DNA from: Kofleriaceae bacterium
GTDB taxonomy: Bacteria; Myxococcota_A; Polyangia; Haliangiales; Haliangiaceae
Direction: 5' to 3'
NCBI GenBank assembly: GCA_965215005.1
Contig: CBDCCZ010000049.1
Span: 32,001 to 96,000, forward strand
DNA: 64,000 nt
Below, piece after piece: positions 22,667-36,578 of the stretch. Position numbers and translations under genes: made by a program. Each line of letters begins with the position of its first letter. Positions within the stretch are counted from its first letter, which is position 1. The notes under the pieces were generated by a model. The model was given only the letters and a program-made list of their open reading frames with translations, had not been told where the DNA came from and made no database searches.

Positions 22667-23455
22667 TCAGTCGCTACCCAGAGAACCAGGCTTAGAGTCT
22701 CTTCGGCTGAGCACCCAGGGCCCGTCATTGGTGATGGCGACCGTGTGCTCGAAGTGTGCAGACAGGCTGCGATCTTTGGTCACCGCAGTCCACTTATCGT
22801 CCAAGACCTCTACGGAATGGGCTCCGGCATTTACCATAGGTTCGATAGCAATGACAAGCCCATGTTTCAAACGCTTACCCTTTCGGGCTTCGCCGTAGTT
22901 GTGAACGGCGGGCTCCTCATGCATCGCTTTGCCGATGCCATGGCCTACGAAATCCTTCACCACTGAAAAGCCGTTTGATTCCACGTACGACTGCACAGCG
23001 GCACCGAGATCGCCAAGACGGCTCCCTACCTGACACTGCTCGATCGCTTGCTGCAGCGCCTCGCGCGTGCAGTCGACCAGCCTCTGCGCGGCAGAAGAAA
23101 CGGTTCCCACACACACGGTCCGACACGCGTCAGCGCACCAGCCGTTCTTGAAGATCCCGAAGTCGATCCCGATGATGTCCCCGTCCTTTAGCACCACGTC
23201 ACGTCGCGGGATGCCATGCACCACGACCTCGTTGACGGACGTACAGAGAACCGCTGGGTAGGGATCGTAGCCATACCCTAGAAACGCGCTCACTACCTGA
23301 TGGCGCTCAATTTCGCGTCGCGCTATCTGATCGAGCTCCCATGTCGAAACCCCAGGAGACACGGCTGCGCAAACGACGTCGAGAATGTCGGTCAAGACCA
23401 CGCAGCTCTCCCGCATGGCAGCGATCTCATCGAGTGATTTCAGCTTGATCCGCAC
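22667..23455 (-). CDS. map: Type I methionine aminopeptidase
   Basis: [27 protein letters not shown] and SAHFEHT motifs; likely GTG start at 23455. Confidence 0.95.
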   Translation of the reverse strand: MRIKLKSLDEIAAMRESCVVLTDILDVVCAAVSPGVSTWELDQIARREIERHQVVSAFLGYGYDPYPAVLCTSVNEVVVHGIPRRDVVLKDGDIIGIDFGIFKNGWCADACRTVCVGTVSSAAQRLVDCTREALQQAIEQCQVGSRLGDLGAAVQSYVESNGFSVVKDFVGHGIGKAMHEEPAVHNYGEARKGKRLKHGLVIAIEPMVNAGAHSVEVLDDKWTAVTKDRSLSAHFEHTVAITNDGPWVLSRRDSKPGSLGSD

Positions 23456-23540
23456 GAGATTCGAGCAAACGCGATGTCTGGTGGAAACGACGACGCCGAA
23501 CCCGAAGGTCCGGCGCAAGGCATGCCTCTAGAGGATGGGC

Positions 23541-24887
23541 TCAGCTCCCGCGAGCGGTTGTGCGACCGCGAATTCGCGGTCCGCGGGGGCCGGTAAAGCC
23601 CTCGTAGTTGCGAGTGATGAGATGCGACTCAATCTGCTGCACCGTATCGAGCGCGACGCCAACGACAATGAGAAGGCCCGTTCCGCCGAAGTAAAACGGA
23701 ACCTGCATCCACTTCTGAAGCAGCGCCGGCAACACGCACACCGCCGCGAGATACATGGCGCCCGCGAACGTAATGCGGGTTAAGACGTGGTCGATGTACT
23801 CAGCGGTTTTCTTGCCCGGCCGGATACCCGGCACGAAGCCACCGCTCTTCTTAAGATTGTCTGCAACGTCCACCGGGTTGAACGTGATCGCGGTGTAGAA
23901 GAACGCGAAGAAAACGATCAGCGCGACGTAGATGACGTTGTACCGCCAGTCGGTCGGCTGAAGCGCGTTGGAGATTTGCTGCATCCACGGCGACCCCACC
24001 ATGTTGGCGATCTGCGCCGGGAACATCAGGATCGAAGATGCGAAGATCGGCGGAATCACGCCGGCGACGTTGATCTTGAGTGGCAGGTGGGTCTGCGTGC
24101 CCGCGTACATTTTGCGGCCCACCATCCGCTTAGTGTACTGCACTGGAATGCGCCGGTGAGCTCTCTCGAAGAAGCAGATGGCCGCAATCGTCCCGATCAC
24201 TACCAAAATCAACAAGAGCATCTCGAGGCCGCTGAAGTCGCCACTGGAGCCGCGCGCAAACAGCTGCGTGAGCGCATCGGGCATGCCCGCCACGATGCCA
24301 GCGAAGATGATCAGCGAGATCCCGTTGCCGATGCCGCGCTCGGTAATCTGCTCGCCCAGCCACATGATGAAGGCGGTGCCGGTGGTTAGCGTCAAGACGG
24401 TGAGCAAGCGGAAGCCCCACCCGGGGTCTGTCACCACCTCGCCCGCCGTGAACCCGCCACCGCCACCCCGGCCGAGCGTCTCGAGCCAGGTAGCGATGAA
24501 CATCGACTGCACGAGCGAGAGCAGGATGGTCCCGTAGCGAGTGTACTGATTGATCTTGCGCCGACCCTGCTCGCCTTCTTTGTTGAGCTGGTCCAGCTTG
24601 GGGATCACGACGGTAAGCAGCTGCAAGATGATCGACGCGCTGATATACGGCATGATGCCGAGCGCGAAGATCGACAGCTGCTCGAGGGCACCACCCGAGA
24701 ACAGGTTGAACATGCCCAAGAACGAGCCTTGGCCGCCAGTCGCGATGAGATTGGACATCTCGACACGATTGACTCCAGGGACCGTGACGAACACGCCGAT
24801 CCGATAAACGGCGAGCATCGCCAGAGTGAAAAGGATCCGCTTCCGTAGCTCCGGAATCTTACCGATGTTTGCGAAGTTGTTGGCCAC
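23541..24887 (-). CDS. secY: Preprotein translocase SecY
   Basis: [43 protein letters not shown]. Confidence 0.98.
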   Translation of the reverse strand: MANNFANIGKIPELRKRILFTLAMLAVYRIGVFVTVPGVNRVEMSNLIATGGQGSFLGMFNLFSGGALEQLSIFALGIMPYISASIILQLLTVVIPKLDQLNKEGEQGRRKINQYTRYGTILLSLVQSMFIATWLETLGRGGGGGFTAGEVVTDPGWGFRLLTVLTLTTGTAFIMWLGEQITERGIGNGISLIIFAGIVAGMPDALTQLFARGSSGDFSGLEMLLLILVVIGTIAAICFFERAHRRIPVQYTKRMVGRKMYAGTQTHLPLKINVAGVIPPIFASSILMFPAQIANMVGSPWMQQISNALQPTDWRYNVIYVALIVFFAFFYTAITFNPVDVADNLKKSGGFVPGIRPGKKTAEYIDHVLTRITFAGAMYLAAVCVLPALLQKWMQVPFYFGGTGLLIVVGVALDTVQQIESHLITRNYEGFTGPRGPRIRGRTTARGS

Positions 24888-24946
24888 GTCGGGTGCTCTT
24901 GGTCGAGTTGCGTATGAGCTTGGGGCGAAAGTGCGCCTACTCTAGC

Positions 24947-25456
24947 TCACTCCGCCGGTGTCTGCGACCCGACCGCCTCTGACGCGGTTTTCTTGGGCTG
25001 TTTGCGCTCCATGACCTCGACCGTACCGCCGGCGGACTCGATCTTCGCCCGGGCGCTCTTCGAGAACCGGTGCGCGCGAACGGTAAGCGCCTGGGCGAGA
25101 TCGCCGTCGCCGAGGATCTTCACCAGCTCTGCCTTCTTCGGCACCAGGCCTGCGCTGCGCAGCGCGGCGACATCAACGGTTCCTTCGGTGAACTTCTCAG
25201 CAATCTGCCCGAGGTTAACCGCGTGCAACTCGACTCGGAACGGATTCTTGAAACCGCGCTTGGGCAACCGCCGCTGCATCGGCATCTGACCGCCTTCGAA
25301 GCCAATAATTGCCCCGTGGTGGCCGGTCCGGGCTTTCTGCCCCTTCTGCCCTTTTCCTGCGGTTTTGCCGTAGCCCGAGCCCGGGCCGCGGCCAATGCGC
25401 TTCTTCTTGCGAGTCGCCCCGGGAGCCGGAGCTAGCGTAGATAGTGTCGTACCCAT
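24947..25456 (-). CDS. rplO: 50S ribosomal protein L15
   Basis: [29 protein letters not shown]; start MGTTLS at 25456. Confidence 0.96.
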   Translation of the reverse strand: MGTTLSTLAPAPGATRKKKRIGRGPGSGYGKTAGKGQKGQKARTGHHGAIIGFEGGQMPMQRRLPKRGFKNPFRVELHAVNLGQIAEKFTEGTVDVAALRSAGLVPKKAELVKILGDGDLAQALTVRAHRFSKSARAKIESAGGTVEVMERKQPKKTASEAVGSQTPAE

Positions 25457-25587
25457 GGTGATATCCCGTTGGTGTTGCGCGGCCTGCAAATTGGCCAAAA
25501 CAGCTGCAATGTCGACTGCGAGTCTCGTTACAGACTCGAAGAAGCCCAAATCGCTCGTCTGCGATCTCGACTACCTGCGACGACAGC

Positions 25588-25773
25588 TCACTCGACCGGC
25601 TTCACCGTTACTAGGTGACCGACTTTGCGAATCATCCCGCGGATCGCAGGAGTATCGCTCAAGACCACCGAGCGATGCATCTTGTTGAGGCCGAGGCCCT
25701 TGAGCGTCAGCCGTTGCCGTTCCGGGCGGCCAATGCCGCTGCGAACCTGAGTTACCTGGAGCTTGAGTGCCAT
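25588..25773 (-). CDS. rpmD: 50S ribosomal protein L30
   Basis: [10 protein letters not shown]...LGL...[12 protein letters not shown]; expected operon position. Confidence 0.95.
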   Translation of the reverse strand: MALKLQVTQVRSGIGRPERQRLTLKGLGLNKMHRSVVLSDTPAIRGMIRKVGHLVTVKPVE

Positions 25774-25775
25774 GC

Positions 25776-26276
25776 CTAGCCTCGAATTTCCTCGGCCGTT
25801 CGTCCACGCTTGGCGGCAACTTGCTCGAGGGAGCGCAGCGCCTTGAGCGCTTCGACAGTCGCGTGAATGACGTTGTGCTTGTTCGACGTACCCAACGACT
25901 TCGTGAGGATGTCCGTGATGCCAGAGACCTCGAGGACCGGGCGCACAGCGCCGCCGGCGATGACACCGGTACCTGGCGACGCAGGCTTCAGCAGCACTTG
26001 CGCTGCTCCGAAGATGCCCATGACTTCATGGGGAATGGTGCCATTCACCATTGGGATACGGAACAGGTTGCGCTTCGCACGTTCGTTACCCTTGCGAATC
26101 GCCTCGGGGACTTCGTTGGCCTTGCCGAGGCCAGCCCCCACGTAACCAGCTTGATCCCCCACGACAACGAGTGCCGAGAAGGAGAATCGCCGGCCGCCCT
26201 TCACGACCTTCGCGACGCGATTGATGTAGACGACGCGGTCTACGAGCTCTCCAACTTGATCAAAATCGATAGCCAT
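25776..26276 (-). CDS. rpsE: 30S ribosomal protein S5
   Basis: [32 protein letters not shown]. Confidence 0.98.
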   Translation of the reverse strand: MAIDFDQVGELVDRVVYINRVAKVVKGGRRFSFSALVVVGDQAGYVGAGLGKANEVPEAIRKGNERAKRNLFRIPMVNGTIPHEVMGIFGAAQVLLKPASPGTGVIAGGAVRPVLEVSGITDILTKSLGTSNKHNVIHATVEALKALRSLEQVAAKRGRTAEEIRG

Positions 26277-26294
26277 ATTCGTGTACCAACCGCG

Positions 26295-26675
26295 TTAGAA
26301 CTTCAGGCCCGCTTCGCGAGCACCGTCGGCCACCGCTTTGACGCGGCCGTGATAAATGAAGCCGTTGCGGTCGAAGACGACCTGCGCAACCTGCTGCTCC
26401 ATGAGCTTCTTGGCGAGAGCCGCGCCGATTACCTTGGCCCTATCTGCCTTTTTCTTGCCCTCGAGCTCAGCCGCTAGGTCCTTATGCAGGTCCGATATCG
26501 CAGCCAAGACGCGGTTAGCGTCGTCGTCTATGGCCTGGACGTAGATATGCTTCGCGGAGCGAAACACCGACAGTCGAGGTCTCTCAGCGGTGCCACGAAT
26601 CCCCTTGCGAATGTGCTGCTTACGGCGCACCCGCTTGCGGGTCTTCGGATTGACGATTTTGAGATGTCCAGCCAT
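26295..26675 (-). CDS. rplR: 50S ribosomal protein L18
   Basis: RPRLSVFRS, VFDRNGFIYHGRV, AREAGLKF. Confidence 0.97.
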   Translation of the reverse strand: MAGHLKIVNPKTRKRVRRKQHIRKGIRGTAERPRLSVFRSAKHIYVQAIDDDANRVLAAISDLHKDLAAELEGKKKADRAKVIGAALAKKLMEQQVAQVVFDRNGFIYHGRVKAVADGAREAGLKF

Positions 26676-27208
26676 CAGCCGGCTGCCTTTCCGACCTTGC
26701 GAGTAATCTGCTCTTCCACGTATTTCACGCCTTTGCCCTTGTAGGGTTCGGGCGGTCGGAAGCTGCGAACATTTGCCGCGGCGGCGCCGAGGAGCTGCCG
26801 GTCAATCCCGCTCAGGACAATGATGTTCTTCTCGACCTTCGCACCCACGCCTTGCGGAAGCTTATAGTCGATCGGATGCGAATAGCCGAGGTTGAGGGTG
26901 AGAGTGTCACCCTTCACTTCGGCGCGATAGCCGACGCCATTGATCTCTAGCCGACGCTCGAAGCCAGTGCTAACGCCCGTGATCATGTTCTGCGTAAGCG
27001 CTCGCATGAGACCATGCGCCGCACGGGTTTCCTGCTGATCGTTGGGCCGCTTGAACGTGAGCTCGTCGTTCTCGAGCTCAACGTCGATGAGCTCGTGACG
27101 GGGCGCCGCTAGCTCCCCCTTCGGTCCCTTCACCTTCACTCGATCGTCGGTGACGGTGACCTGGACGCCCTTGGGAACCTTGATAACTTTTCTACCGATG
27201 CGTGACAT
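26675..27208 (-). CDS. rplF: 50S ribosomal protein L6
   Basis: [18 protein letters not shown]. Confidence 0.98.
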   Translation of the reverse strand: MSRIGRKVIKVPKGVQVTVTDDRVKVKGPKGELAAPRHELIDVELENDELTFKRPNDQQETRAAHGLMRALTQNMITGVSTGFERRLEINGVGYRAEVKGDTLTLNLGYSHPIDYKLPQGVGAKVEKNIIVLSGIDRQLLGAAAANVRSFRPPEPYKGKGVKYVEEQITRKVGKAAG

Positions 27209-27210
27209 GG

Positions 27211-27609
27211 CTACCAGACCTCGCAGAGAACCTCGCCGCCTACACCGAGCTGGCGCGCCTGCTTATCGGTCATGACACCTTGAGAGGTGGACATGATCGC
27301 GATACCCAGTCCATTACGGACTCTGGGCACATCCTTGGCGCGCACATACGAGCGCTGCCCAGGTTTCGAGATGCGCTTGAGCCCTGAAATGGCGGACGTA
27401 TTGCGGTTGTCGTAGCGCAGGGTGACGGAAATCATTCCCTGCTGCGTATCATCGAAGTTCGCCACCGCATTCACGAATCCTTCTTCACGAAGGATCTCGG
27501 CAATGCGAAGCTTGACCTTCGACCGGGGGCATTCAATTTCCAGCTTCCGCGCGCGGATTCCATTACGGAGGCGCGTGAGGAAGTCGGCGATGGGATCGGT
27601 CATCGACAT
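27211..27609 (-). CDS. rpsH: 30S ribosomal protein S8
   Basis: [28 protein letters not shown]. Confidence 0.98.
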   Translation of the reverse strand: MSMTDPIADFLTRLRNGIRARKLEIECPRSKVKLRIAEILREEGFVNAVANFDDTQQGMISVTLRYDNRNTSAISGLKRISKPGQRSYVRAKDVPRVRNGLGIAIMSTSQGVMTDKQARQLGVGGEVLCEVW

Positions 27610-27622
27610 TCGCTTATCTCCC

Positions 27623-27802
27623 TCACCAGCTCGACTTGGTCACACCGGGGATATCGCCCTTCAGTGCGAGGCCACGGAAGCACAGACGGCACATATCGAA
27701 CTTGCGCAAATATGCCCGCGGCCGGCCACAAAGCGGGCAACGATTGTGCTGTCGCACCTTGAATTTGTGCTTCTTGGGAAGCATTTTCGAGAGCTTGCTC
27801 AT
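27623..27802 (-). CDS. rpsN: 30S ribosomal protein S14 type Z (Zn-binding)
   Basis: Hand translation: [59 protein letters not shown]. Confidence 0.95.
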   Translation of the reverse strand: MSKLSKMLPKKHKFKVRQHNRCPLCGRPRAYLRKFDMCRLCFRGLALKGDIPGVTKSSW

Positions 27803-28464
27803 GCTACCGCTCCTTCACGAGCCTGCGAGCCTGCTTGCCTAAACGGCATCCCGAGGTGCATCAACAGCGCGCGCCCCTCAGCATCCGTTTTTGCGGTCGT
27901 GACCACGGAAATGTTGAGTCCCTTCACCGAGTCGATCTGGTCGTACTCGATTTCCGGGAAAATGATCTGCTCGCGCACGCCGAGCGAGTAATTTCCTCGG
28001 CCATCGAACGCTTTCGCCGAGACGCCGCGGAAGTCGCGAACGCGCGGCAGGGCAATATTGATGAGGCGATCGAGGAACTCCCACATCCGCTCGCGGCGCA
28101 GTGTCACCATGACGCCGATCTTCTGCCCCTTACGAAGCTTGAACGTCGCGATGTCCCGCTTGGCCGTGCACACCACTGGAGATTGTCCAGCAATCGCGCG
28201 CAGCTCTTCCACGGCGCTCTCAATGAGCTTGGGATTCTGATTCGCGCGCCCAAGGCCTATGTTGATCGTCACTTTGAGGATGCGCGGAACCTCCATGGCG
28301 CTGGAGTATCCAAACTCGTCCATGAGCTTCTTGCGAGCGTCGTCCTCGTACGTCTTCTTCAAGCGCGGAGTTGCTTCGCGTTTGTACTTCTTCAGCTCGG
28401 TCGGCGCGGCGGGAGCCTTCTTGCTCCGTGCGACTTTCTGCTGTGCACCCTGCTCTCTGGCCAT
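27799..28464 (-). CDS. rplE: 50S ribosomal protein L5 with basic N-terminal extension
   Basis: [39 protein letters not shown] overlaps the rplN stop. Confidence 0.97.
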   Translation of the reverse strand: MAREQGAQQKVARSKKAPAAPTELKKYKREATPRLKKTYEDDARKKLMDEFGYSSAMEVPRILKVTINIGLGRANQNPKLIESAVEELRAIAGQSPVVCTAKRDIATFKLRKGQKIGVMVTLRRERMWEFLDRLINIALPRVRDFRGVSAKAFDGRGNYSLGVREQIIFPEIEYDQIDSVKGLNISVVTTAKTDAEGRALLMHLGMPFRQAGSQAREGAVA

Positions 28465-28832
28465 CACAACACCTCCGGCGCGAGCGAGACGATCTTCATG
28501 AATCGCTTGGCGCGAAGCTCACGAGCCACCGGACCAAAGATGCGGGTACCGATGGGCTCATTTTCCTTGTTAATGAGCACGGCGGAGTTACCGTCGAAGC
28601 GGATGAAGCTGCCGTCGTTGCGCGGAATCTGCTTGGCAGTCCGCACAATCACCGCGCGAGCAACATCGCCCTTCTTCACCTTGGATCCCGGAATCGCCTC
28701 GCGCACCGACACCACGATGACGTCACCGACCGACGCGTACCGGCGCTTCGAGCCGCCCAGCACCTTGATGCAGTAGACCTTCTTGGCCCCGCTATTATCG
28801 GCGACATCTAAGACGGTGGAGGTCTGAATCAC
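28464..28832 (-). CDS. rplN: 50S ribosomal protein L14
   Basis: [27 protein letters not shown]. Confidence 0.98.
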   Translation of the reverse strand: MIQTSTVLDVADNSGAKKVYCIKVLGGSKRRYASVGDVIVVSVREAIPGSKVKKGDVARAVIVRTAKQIPRNDGSFIRFDGNSAVLINKENEPIGTRIFGPVARELRAKRFMKIVSLAPEVL

Positions 28833-29107
28833 GACTGCACCTCCCGAGCCTTTTCGATCGTACGAGCGAAGCGCCAGCGCTTCGTTTTCGAGTACGGTCG
28901 GGACTCGACCAGCTCAACCAGATCACCGATCTGGCAGCTGTTGTGCTCGTCGTGAGCCTTGTACTTCACCCGTCGGGTGACGAACTTGTGGAACCGTTTG
29001 TCGCGGATGCGACGGAGCACGGTGACGACGATCGTCTTCTCCATCGCCGTCGAGGTGACGGTGCCCGCAATCGTGCGGCGAGTACCTCGCTCTGCTGTCA
29101 TGGCCAC
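28829..29107 (-). CDS. rpsQ: 30S ribosomal protein S17
   Basis: [27 protein letters not shown]. Confidence 0.96.
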   Translation of the reverse strand: MAMTAERGTRRTIAGTVTSTAMEKTIVVTVLRRIRDKRFHKFVTRRVKYKAHDEHNSCQIGDLVELVESRPYSKTKRWRFARTIEKAREVQS

Positions 29108-29110
29108 GGG

Positions 29111-29368
29111 TTATTCTTCCTTTCGATCCGCCGCGGCGCTCGCGCCATCGGCCTGCTTTTCGAGGCCGACTTCGCGCGCCTTCATGATCGTGAGAATCTG
29201 AGCGACCTCGGCGCGTTTCTGGCGCACCGATCCGGTGTTCTCAACCTGATTGGTGTGCAGGCCGAGTCGCATTCGGAACAGGTCGTCTCGAGCGCTTTCG
29301 AGCGCTTGCGAGAGCTCATCGCTGGGCAAATCGCGGAGACGCTCCAGCTGCTGCTTGCGCTTACTCAT
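29111..29368 (-). CDS. rpmC: 50S ribosomal protein L29
   Basis: DLFRMRL...NT...R...AQILT pattern; between rplP and rpsQ. Confidence 0.9.
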   Translation of the reverse strand: MSKRKQQLERLRDLPSDELSQALESARDDLFRMRLGLHTNQVENTGSVRQKRAEVAQILTIMKAREVGLEKQADGASAAADRKEE

Positions 29369-29781
29369 AGCGGCGCCTCCCGCGAGACGAACTGGGTCTT
29401 GATGGGAAGCTTATGGTGGGCGCGAATAAACGCCTGCCGTGCCAGCTCCTCAGGCACCCCTTCGAGCTCAAAGATCACCTTGCCGGGCTTGACGATGGCG
29501 ACGTAGCCCTCGTTGCCGCCTTTGCCCTTACCCATCCGGGTCTCTGCGGGCTTCTTGGTGATGGGCTTATCAGGAAACATGCGGATGTACAGCTTGCCGG
29601 TCTTTTTCACCGTTCGGGTGATCGCCACGCGAGCGGCCTCAATTTGTCGGGCAGTGATGGCACCCGGCGATAAGACCTGCATGCCGAAGTCGCCGAAGGA
29701 GACTTCATCACCGCCCTTGGCCGCACCGGTCATGCGGCCCTTCATGCGCTTGCGATATTTCGTTCGCTTGGGAGCTAGCAT
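29365..29781 (-). CDS. rplP: 50S ribosomal protein L16
   Basis: [27 protein letters not shown]. Confidence 0.98.
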   Translation of the reverse strand: MLAPKRTKYRKRMKGRMTGAAKGGDEVSFGDFGMQVLSPGAITARQIEAARVAITRTVKKTGKLYIRMFPDKPITKKPAETRMGKGKGGNEGYVAIVKPGKVIFELEGVPEELARQAFIRAHHKLPIKTQFVSREAPL

Positions 29782-29816
29782 CGGAGTTACTCGCTATCTA
29801 GAGGCTGCGGCCCCCG

Positions 29817-30494
29817 CTACTTGCGGCCACCAGAGCGGGGCTGTTGCCGCTGATTCTCTGGCTGGGCACCCGGGAGCACCTCGCCGTGGAACAGCCAGCA
29901 CTTCACTCCAATGGTGCCGTAGGTCGTCTTGGCCTCGGTGAATCCGTAATCGATGTCGGCGCGAAGCGTGTGAAGCGGTACTCGACCTTCGCGATACCAC
30001 TCGCTGCGACTCATCTCCGCGCCGCCAAGGCGGCCCGCCGACGCTACACGAATGCCTTTGCCGCCAAACTTCATCGCCGTTTGCACGGCTTTCTTCATGG
30101 CCCGCCGGAACGCAATGCGGCGCTCGAGCTGAGTGGCGATGTTCTCAGCGACCAGCTGCGCGTTGGTTTCCGCCTTGCGCACCTCAACGATGTTGAGGAA
30201 CACTTCATTGGCGGTAAGCGCTTGAACATCCTTCTTGAGCTGCTCGACACCGGCGCCGCGCTTGCCAATCACGATGCCGGGGCGCGCCGTGTAGATGTTA
30301 ATCTTGCACTTGTTGGCCGCGCGCTCGACGTCGATGTAGCTAACACCAGCGTGGTTGAGCTTCTTCTTAATGAAGCGCTTGAGCTTGAGATCCTCGTGCA
30401 GCCATTTCGAGTAGTCCTTCTCCGAATACCACTTGGAGGACCACGTCTTGATGATGCCGAGGCGGAAGCCGATTGGATGCGTCTTCTGGCCCAT
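29817..30494 (-). CDS. rpsC: 30S ribosomal protein S3
   Basis: [34 protein letters not shown]. Confidence 0.98.
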   Translation of the reverse strand: MGQKTHPIGFRLGIIKTWSSKWYSEKDYSKWLHEDLKLKRFIKKKLNHAGVSYIDVERAANKCKINIYTARPGIVIGKRGAGVEQLKKDVQALTANEVFLNIVEVRKAETNAQLVAENIATQLERRIAFRRAMKKAVQTAMKFGGKGIRVASAGRLGGAEMSRSEWYREGRVPLHTLRADIDYGFTEAKTTYGTIGVKCWLFHGEVLPGAQPENQRQQPRSGGRK

Positions 30495-30497
30495 CTA

Positions 30498-30839
30498 CTA
30501 TTCCTCGTCGCTCACGACCACCGTTAGGTGGCTGGTGCGGTGATTGATGCGGTTGGCGCGCCCCATGGCCCGCGGCATCCAGCGTTTGATGATGCCGCCA
30601 CCGTCGACGAAGATTCGGCTGATTACCAGCGACTCCACGTCGACCTCGCCGCCAGACGTATCTTCGGCGTTGGCCGCTGCCGATACCAGCGCTTTGGCGA
30701 TCACTCCTGCGGCCTTCTTCGGCATGAGGCGGAGCTCGCCGAGCGCTTCCTCGACCCGACGGCCGCGGAGCTGGTTCACGACCACACGCATTTTGCGCGG
30801 GCTCATCTGGATGTCTCGTACGATTGCTCGTGCCTGCAT
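30498..30839 (-). CDS. rplV: 50S ribosomal protein L22
   Basis: SPRKMR, SAAANA, PRAMGRA...TSHLTV. Confidence 0.97.
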   Translation of the reverse strand: MQARAIVRDIQMSPRKMRVVVNQLRGRRVEEALGELRLMPKKAAGVIAKALVSAAANAEDTSGGEVDVESLVISRIFVDGGGIIKRWMPRAMGRANRINHRTSHLTVVVSDEE

Positions 30840-30841
30840 GA

Positions 30842-31111
30842 CTATCTCTTCTTATCGCCGGAGTGCCCGGTGTACGTCCGCGTCGGCGCAAACTCGCCGA
30901 GCTTGTGACCGACCATGTTCTCGGTGATGAACACTGGAATGAACTTCCGGCCGTTATGCACCGCAAACGTGAGCCCAACCATATCGGGAGCCACGACGGA
31001 CCGTCGCGACCAGGTCTTGATGACCTTCTTCGATTGCTCTTTTTGCGCAATGGTCACCTTACTCATGAGGTGATCATCGATGAACGGACCCTTCTTAACG
31101 CTGCGTGGCAT
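30842..31111 (-). CDS. rpsS: 30S ribosomal protein S19
   Basis: [32 protein letters not shown]. Confidence 0.98.
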   Translation of the reverse strand: MPRSVKKGPFIDDHLMSKVTIAQKEQSKKVIKTWSRRSVVAPDMVGLTFAVHNGRKFIPVFITENMVGHKLGEFAPTRTYTGHSGDKKR

Positions 31112-31121
31112 CAGTCAGCCC

Positions 31122-31949
31122 CTATTTCTTCCCGCGACGGCGAACGATGAACTTGTCCGTCCGCTTGTTTTGACGCGTGCGATACCCTTTGGTGGGCTTG
31201 CCCCATGGCGTGCACGGATGACGACCGCCGGATGACCGACCCTCGCCGCCACCCATGGGGTGATCGACAGGGTTCATCACCACGCCGCGGTTATGAGGAC
31301 GACGGCCTTTCCAGCGGAGTCGGCCAGCCTTGCCCCAGTCGACGTTCGAGTGTTCTGCATTGCCGACGCCTCCCACGGTTGCGCGGCAGTCGATATGCAC
31401 TTTCCGCATCTCGCCCGACGGCATCCGCAGCGTCGCCCAGTCGCCTTCCTTGGCCATCAAGGTGACACCGGTGCCCGCTGAACGGCCGATCTTGGCGCCG
31501 CCACCGATTTGCATCTCCACGCAGTGGACTTCGGTGCCGGTGGGGATGTGGCGCAGCGGAAGCGCGTTGCCCGGTTTGATGTCCGCCGAGTTCGCCGCGA
31601 TGATGCTGTCGCCGACCTCGAGGCGGTTGGGGGCCAGGATGTAGGCTTTCTCGCCGTCCGCGTACTGCAGAAGCGCGATGCGCGCAGACCGATTGGGATC
31701 GTATTCGATCGCAACGACCACCGCCGGCACGCCGGTTTTGCGACGCTTGAAGTCGATGATCCGATACCGCTGCTTATGACCGCCGCCGCGGAACCGAGAG
31801 GTGATCCGCCCATAGTTATTACGACCGCCCGACTTGGTCTTCTTGTCGAGCAAGGCCTTCTCCGGAGCACCTTTGGTGACGGTGGAGAAGTCCTGACTGG
31901 TCATGCCGCGCCGACCCGCAGAGGTTGGCTTGAAACGCTTGATGGCCAT
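31122..31949 (-). CDS. rplB: 50S ribosomal protein L2
   Basis: [21 protein letters not shown]; start MAIKRF at 31949. Confidence 0.98.
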   Translation of the reverse strand: MAIKRFKPTSAGRRGMTSQDFSTVTKGAPEKALLDKKTKSGGRNNYGRITSRFRGGGHKQRYRIIDFKRRKTGVPAVVVAIEYDPNRSARIALLQYADGEKAYILAPNRLEVGDSIIAANSADIKPGNALPLRHIPTGTEVHCVEMQIGGGAKIGRSAGTGVTLMAKEGDWATLRMPSGEMRKVHIDCRATVGGVGNAEHSNVDWGKAGRLRWKGRRPHNRGVVMNPVDHPMGGGEGRSSGGRHPCTPWGKPTKGYRTRQNKRTDKFIVRRRGKK

Positions 31950-31953
31950 GGTC

Positions 31954-32283
31954 CTACACTCCCTCGAAGAACTCGATGGTGTCGCCCGGCTTGAGGGTGA
32001 CGATCGCCTTCTTGCTAGCTGACCGACGACCCATGAAGCGGCCCAAGCGCTTGAGCTTGCCGCGCACCACCATGGTGTGAACATCGGTAACGGTGACGTT
32101 GAAGAGCGACTGCACCGCCTTACGGATCTCGATTTTATTGGCGTCGGTCGCCACTTCGAAAATGACCTTCTGGGCGTACTCTTCGTCTTCGCCGAAAGTC
32201 GTGCCGGTGCCGCCGGTCTCCCGCAGAGCGGTGCTCTTCTCGGTGAGCAGCGGTCGCTTGATGATGGTCTGAGGTGCTCGCAT
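31954..32283 (-). CDS. rplW: 50S ribosomal protein L23
   Basis: [27 protein letters not shown]; carries an internal insertion. Confidence 0.96.
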   Translation of the reverse strand: MRAPQTIIKRPLLTEKSTALRETGGTGTTFGEDEEYAQKVIFEVATDANKIEIRKAVQSLFNVTVTDVHTMVVRGKLKRLGRFMGRRSASKKAIVTLKPGDTIEFFEGV

Positions 32284-32322
32284 CGCTTTGATCTTTCCGA
32301 AAGCTGCCAGTCGGCTCGTAGC

Positions 32323-32958
32323 CTACGGGCGCAGTCGCTCCTCGACGAGCTTTGCCGTGGCCGACGTCATCACCAGCGTCTCGTGCTTGAGCACGTCGTA
32401 GACGTTGAGCCCCTCGGGGGCGAGCCACTTGGAAGCGGGGAGATTGCGGGTGCCTCGAACCAGCTCCGCATTGTCGGTTGAGTCGACGATGAGAACCTTG
32501 CTCGTGGGCTGAGCAGCCCCTAGTGCCGCGAGTGCTGCGACGACATTACGAGTTCTCCCATCAGCGACGGGAAACGTATCGAGAACGATAAATTTATTCT
32601 CCCGAACTCGCAGCGACAGAGCAGAGCGCAGCGCCTTCTTCTTGGCTTTCTTGGGCATCGTATAGGCGTAGCTGCGGGGTTTGGGCCCGAAGACGCTACC
32701 GCCGCCGACCCATATCGGGCTCTGCGTGGAGCCCTGCCGCGCGCGGCCGGTGCCCTTCTGCTTGTACGGCTTCTTCTTAGTGCCGCGAACTTCGCTACGG
32801 CGTTTCACGCTGTGCGTGCCCTGCCGGCGCTTCGCGAGCTGCCACTTCACCGTCTCCCAGAGCAGATGCTCGTGCACGTCGGCGCCGAAGACGGCATCGT
32901 CGAGCTCGATCTCCCCGACGCTGTCGCCGGTGGTGTTCTTGACTTGCAACTTGGGCAT
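32323..32958 (-). CDS. rplD: 50S ribosomal protein L4
   Basis: [28 protein letters not shown]. Confidence 0.98.
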   Translation of the reverse strand: MPKLQVKNTTGDSVGEIELDDAVFGADVHEHLLWETVKWQLAKRRQGTHSVKRRSEVRGTKKKPYKQKGTGRARQGSTQSPIWVGGGSVFGPKPRSYAYTMPKKAKKKALRSALSLRVRENKFIVLDTFPVADGRTRNVVAALAALGAAQPTSKVLIVDSTDNAELVRGTRNLPASKWLAPEGLNVYDVLKHETLVMTSATAKLVEERLRP

Positions 32959-32974
32959 CGTCGTTCCCTAGGGG

Positions 32975-33286
<312 letters not shown>

Positions 33287-33299
33287 CGTCTAAGCTTTC

Positions 33300-34496
<1,197 letters not shown>

Positions 34497-34499
34497 TTC

Positions 34500-36578
34500 C
34501 TATGCTCCTACCTTGGCGGCGACTTCTTCGCGGATGCCACTAGGAACCTCCGCGTAATGATCGAACTGCATGCTGTACGTGGCGCGTCCCTGGGTGCGTG
34601 ACCGAAGATCGGTGGCGTAGCCGAACATGGTCGCCAGGGGTACGAGACCGGCGATGACCTGTACACTACTCCGCGCTTCGATTCCAGTGATCTTTCCGCG
34701 ACGAGCGTTGAAATCTCCGATTACCTCGCCGAGGGATTCCTCGGGGGTTACCACCTCGATCGCCATCACCGGCTCGAGGATTGCTACTCCGGCGCGCCCC
34801 GCAGCGTCTTTGAACGCCAGTGAACCCGCCATCTTGAAGGCGATATCGCTCGAGTCCACCTCATGGTGGCTGCCATCGACGAGGGACACCTTGAGGTCGA
34901 CCATGGAGAATCCGGCAACCACGCCGCGCTCGACGGCCTCTTCAACGCCTGCCTGAACCGCTGGCACGTACTCTTTGGGTATCGCGTCGGCCGCGACCGC
35001 GCTCTCGAAGAGCACGCCGGCGCCTCGCTCTCGAGGCTCCACGACGAGCCGGACATGGGCGTACTGGCCGCGGAGACCGACCTGCTTGGCATAGCGAGCC
35101 TCGCCTTCACCGCGGCCGAGCACGGTCTCGCGGTAGGCAACTCGTGGTCGTCCGATGCGAACGTTGACGTGAAACTCGCGACGCAGGCGGTCGGCGATGA
35201 TCTCCAGATGCAGCTCGCCCATGCCTGAAACGACGGTCTGAAGCGAGTCGCCATCAACGTGAACCCGAAACGACGGATCTTCTGCAGCGAGCTTCTCTAG
35301 GGCGTCCGCGAGCGCGTCATAATCCTGGGGAGTCTCGGGCTCAAGGGCCACACCGATGACCGGAGCGGGCGCCTTAATCGTCTCGAGCGAGATCGGTGCC
35401 GCGGGATCGGTGAGGGTGTCGCCGGTGGTCGCGGTCCGCAATCCAATTGCTGCGCCGATATCACCAGCGGAGATCTCCTTGATCTCCTCGCGCATGTTTG
35501 CGTGCATCCGCACGATCCGGCCGATGCGCTCGCGCTTGCCCTTCGAGGCATTGAGCACGGAGTCCCCCGTGCGCAAACAGCCAGAGTAGACGCGGAAATA
35601 CGTCAATGCGCCGACGACAGGATCGCTTGCAATCTTGAAAGCCAGCGCTGCCAGCGGCGCATCTTCAGAGCAGCGGCGACTCTCGGGCTGCCCCGACGTC
35701 GGGTCGACCCCGCTTACAGCCGAAACATCCGCGGGGGACGGCAAGTACCGAACGACAGCGTCGAGGAGGCTGTGAATACCTTTGTTCTTGAAAGCGGCGC
35801 CGACTAGCACGGGAACCGCACGTAAGTCCAGAGTGGCGCGACGCAACGCCGCGTGAATCTCTTCCGCAGCGGGCTCTGTCGGACCGAGCAGCCGCTCCAT
35901 GAACGCATCGTCGATGTCGGCGAGGGCGTCGAGCATTGCCGAACGGGCCGCAAGCGCTCTATCGAGATGCTGAGACGGAATCGCCGCGTCGCTAAACTGG
36001 ATGCCAAGACTATCGGCGTCCCACGTGCGGGCGGTCATCTCGATTAGGTCGATGATCCCATCGAAGTCGTGCTGCAGCACGCACGGGATCTGCAAGACGA
36101 TCGGATGGGCGGCCAGCCGCTGCCGCATCCCCTGCACCACCGCGTCGGGATCGGCTCCCGTTCGATCACACTTGTTAATGAACGCGACGCGCGGCACCCG
36201 ATAACGGTCGGCCTGACGCCACACGGTCTCGCTCTGCGGCTCCACGCCGCCCACCGCGCAGAACACAGCGATGACGCCATCGAGCACCCGCAGCGACCGC
36301 TCGACCTCAATCGTGAAGTCGACGTGCCCCGGCGTATCGATGAGGTTGATCTGGTGATCATCCCACTGCAGCGTCGTCGCAGCCGCGGTGATGGAGATGC
36401 CGCGCTCCTGCTCTTGCTCCATCCAGTCCATGACAGTGGAGCCATCGTGCACCTCACCGAGGCGCTGCGACACACCGCTGTAAAACAGGATGCGCTCGCT
36501 GGTGGTTGTCTTACCAGCGTCGATATGCGCCATGATCCCGATATTGCGGGTGCGCGCTATGTCGATGGAGCGAGCCAC
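34500..36578 (-). CDS. fusA: Elongation factor G (divergent paralog)
   Basis: AHIDAGKTT, DTPGHVDF, NKCD, GMGELHL, YATDLRSRTQG. Confidence 0.93.
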   Translation of the reverse strand: MARSIDIARTRNIGIMAHIDAGKTTTSERILFYSGVSQRLGEVHDGSTVMDWMEQEQERGISITAAATTLQWDDHQINLIDTPGHVDFTIEVERSLRVLDGVIAVFCAVGGVEPQSETVWRQADRYRVPRVAFINKCDRTGADPDAVVQGMRQRLAAHPIVLQIPCVLQHDFDGIIDLIEMTARTWDADSLGIQFSDAAIPSQHLDRALAARSAMLDALADIDDAFMERLLGPTEPAAEEIHAALRRATLDLRAVPVLVGAAFKNKGIHSLLDAVVRYLPSPADVSAVSGVDPTSGQPESRRCSEDAPLAALAFKIASDPVVGALTYFRVYSGCLRTGDSVLNASKGKRERIGRIVRMHANMREEIKEISAGDIGAAIGLRTATTGDTLTDPAAPISLETIKAPAPVIGVALEPETPQDYDALADALEKLAAEDPSFRVHVDGDSLQTVVSGMGELHLEIIADRLRREFHVNVRIGRPRVAYRETVLGRGEGEARYAKQVGLRGQYAHVRLVVEPRERGAGVLFESAVAADAIPKEYVPAVQAGVEEAVERGVVAGFSMVDLKVSLVDGSHHEVDSSDIAFKMAGSLAFKDAAGRAGVAILEPVMAIEVVTPEESLGEVIGDFNARRGKITGIEARSSVQVIAGLVPLATMFGYATDLRSRTQGRATYSMQFDHYAEVPSGIREEVAAKVGA

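Noticed and set aside
28360..28464. L5 N-terminal extension as a fused remnant of L24
   Set aside because: No KOW or other L24 motif; it is a low-complexity Lys/Ala extension.
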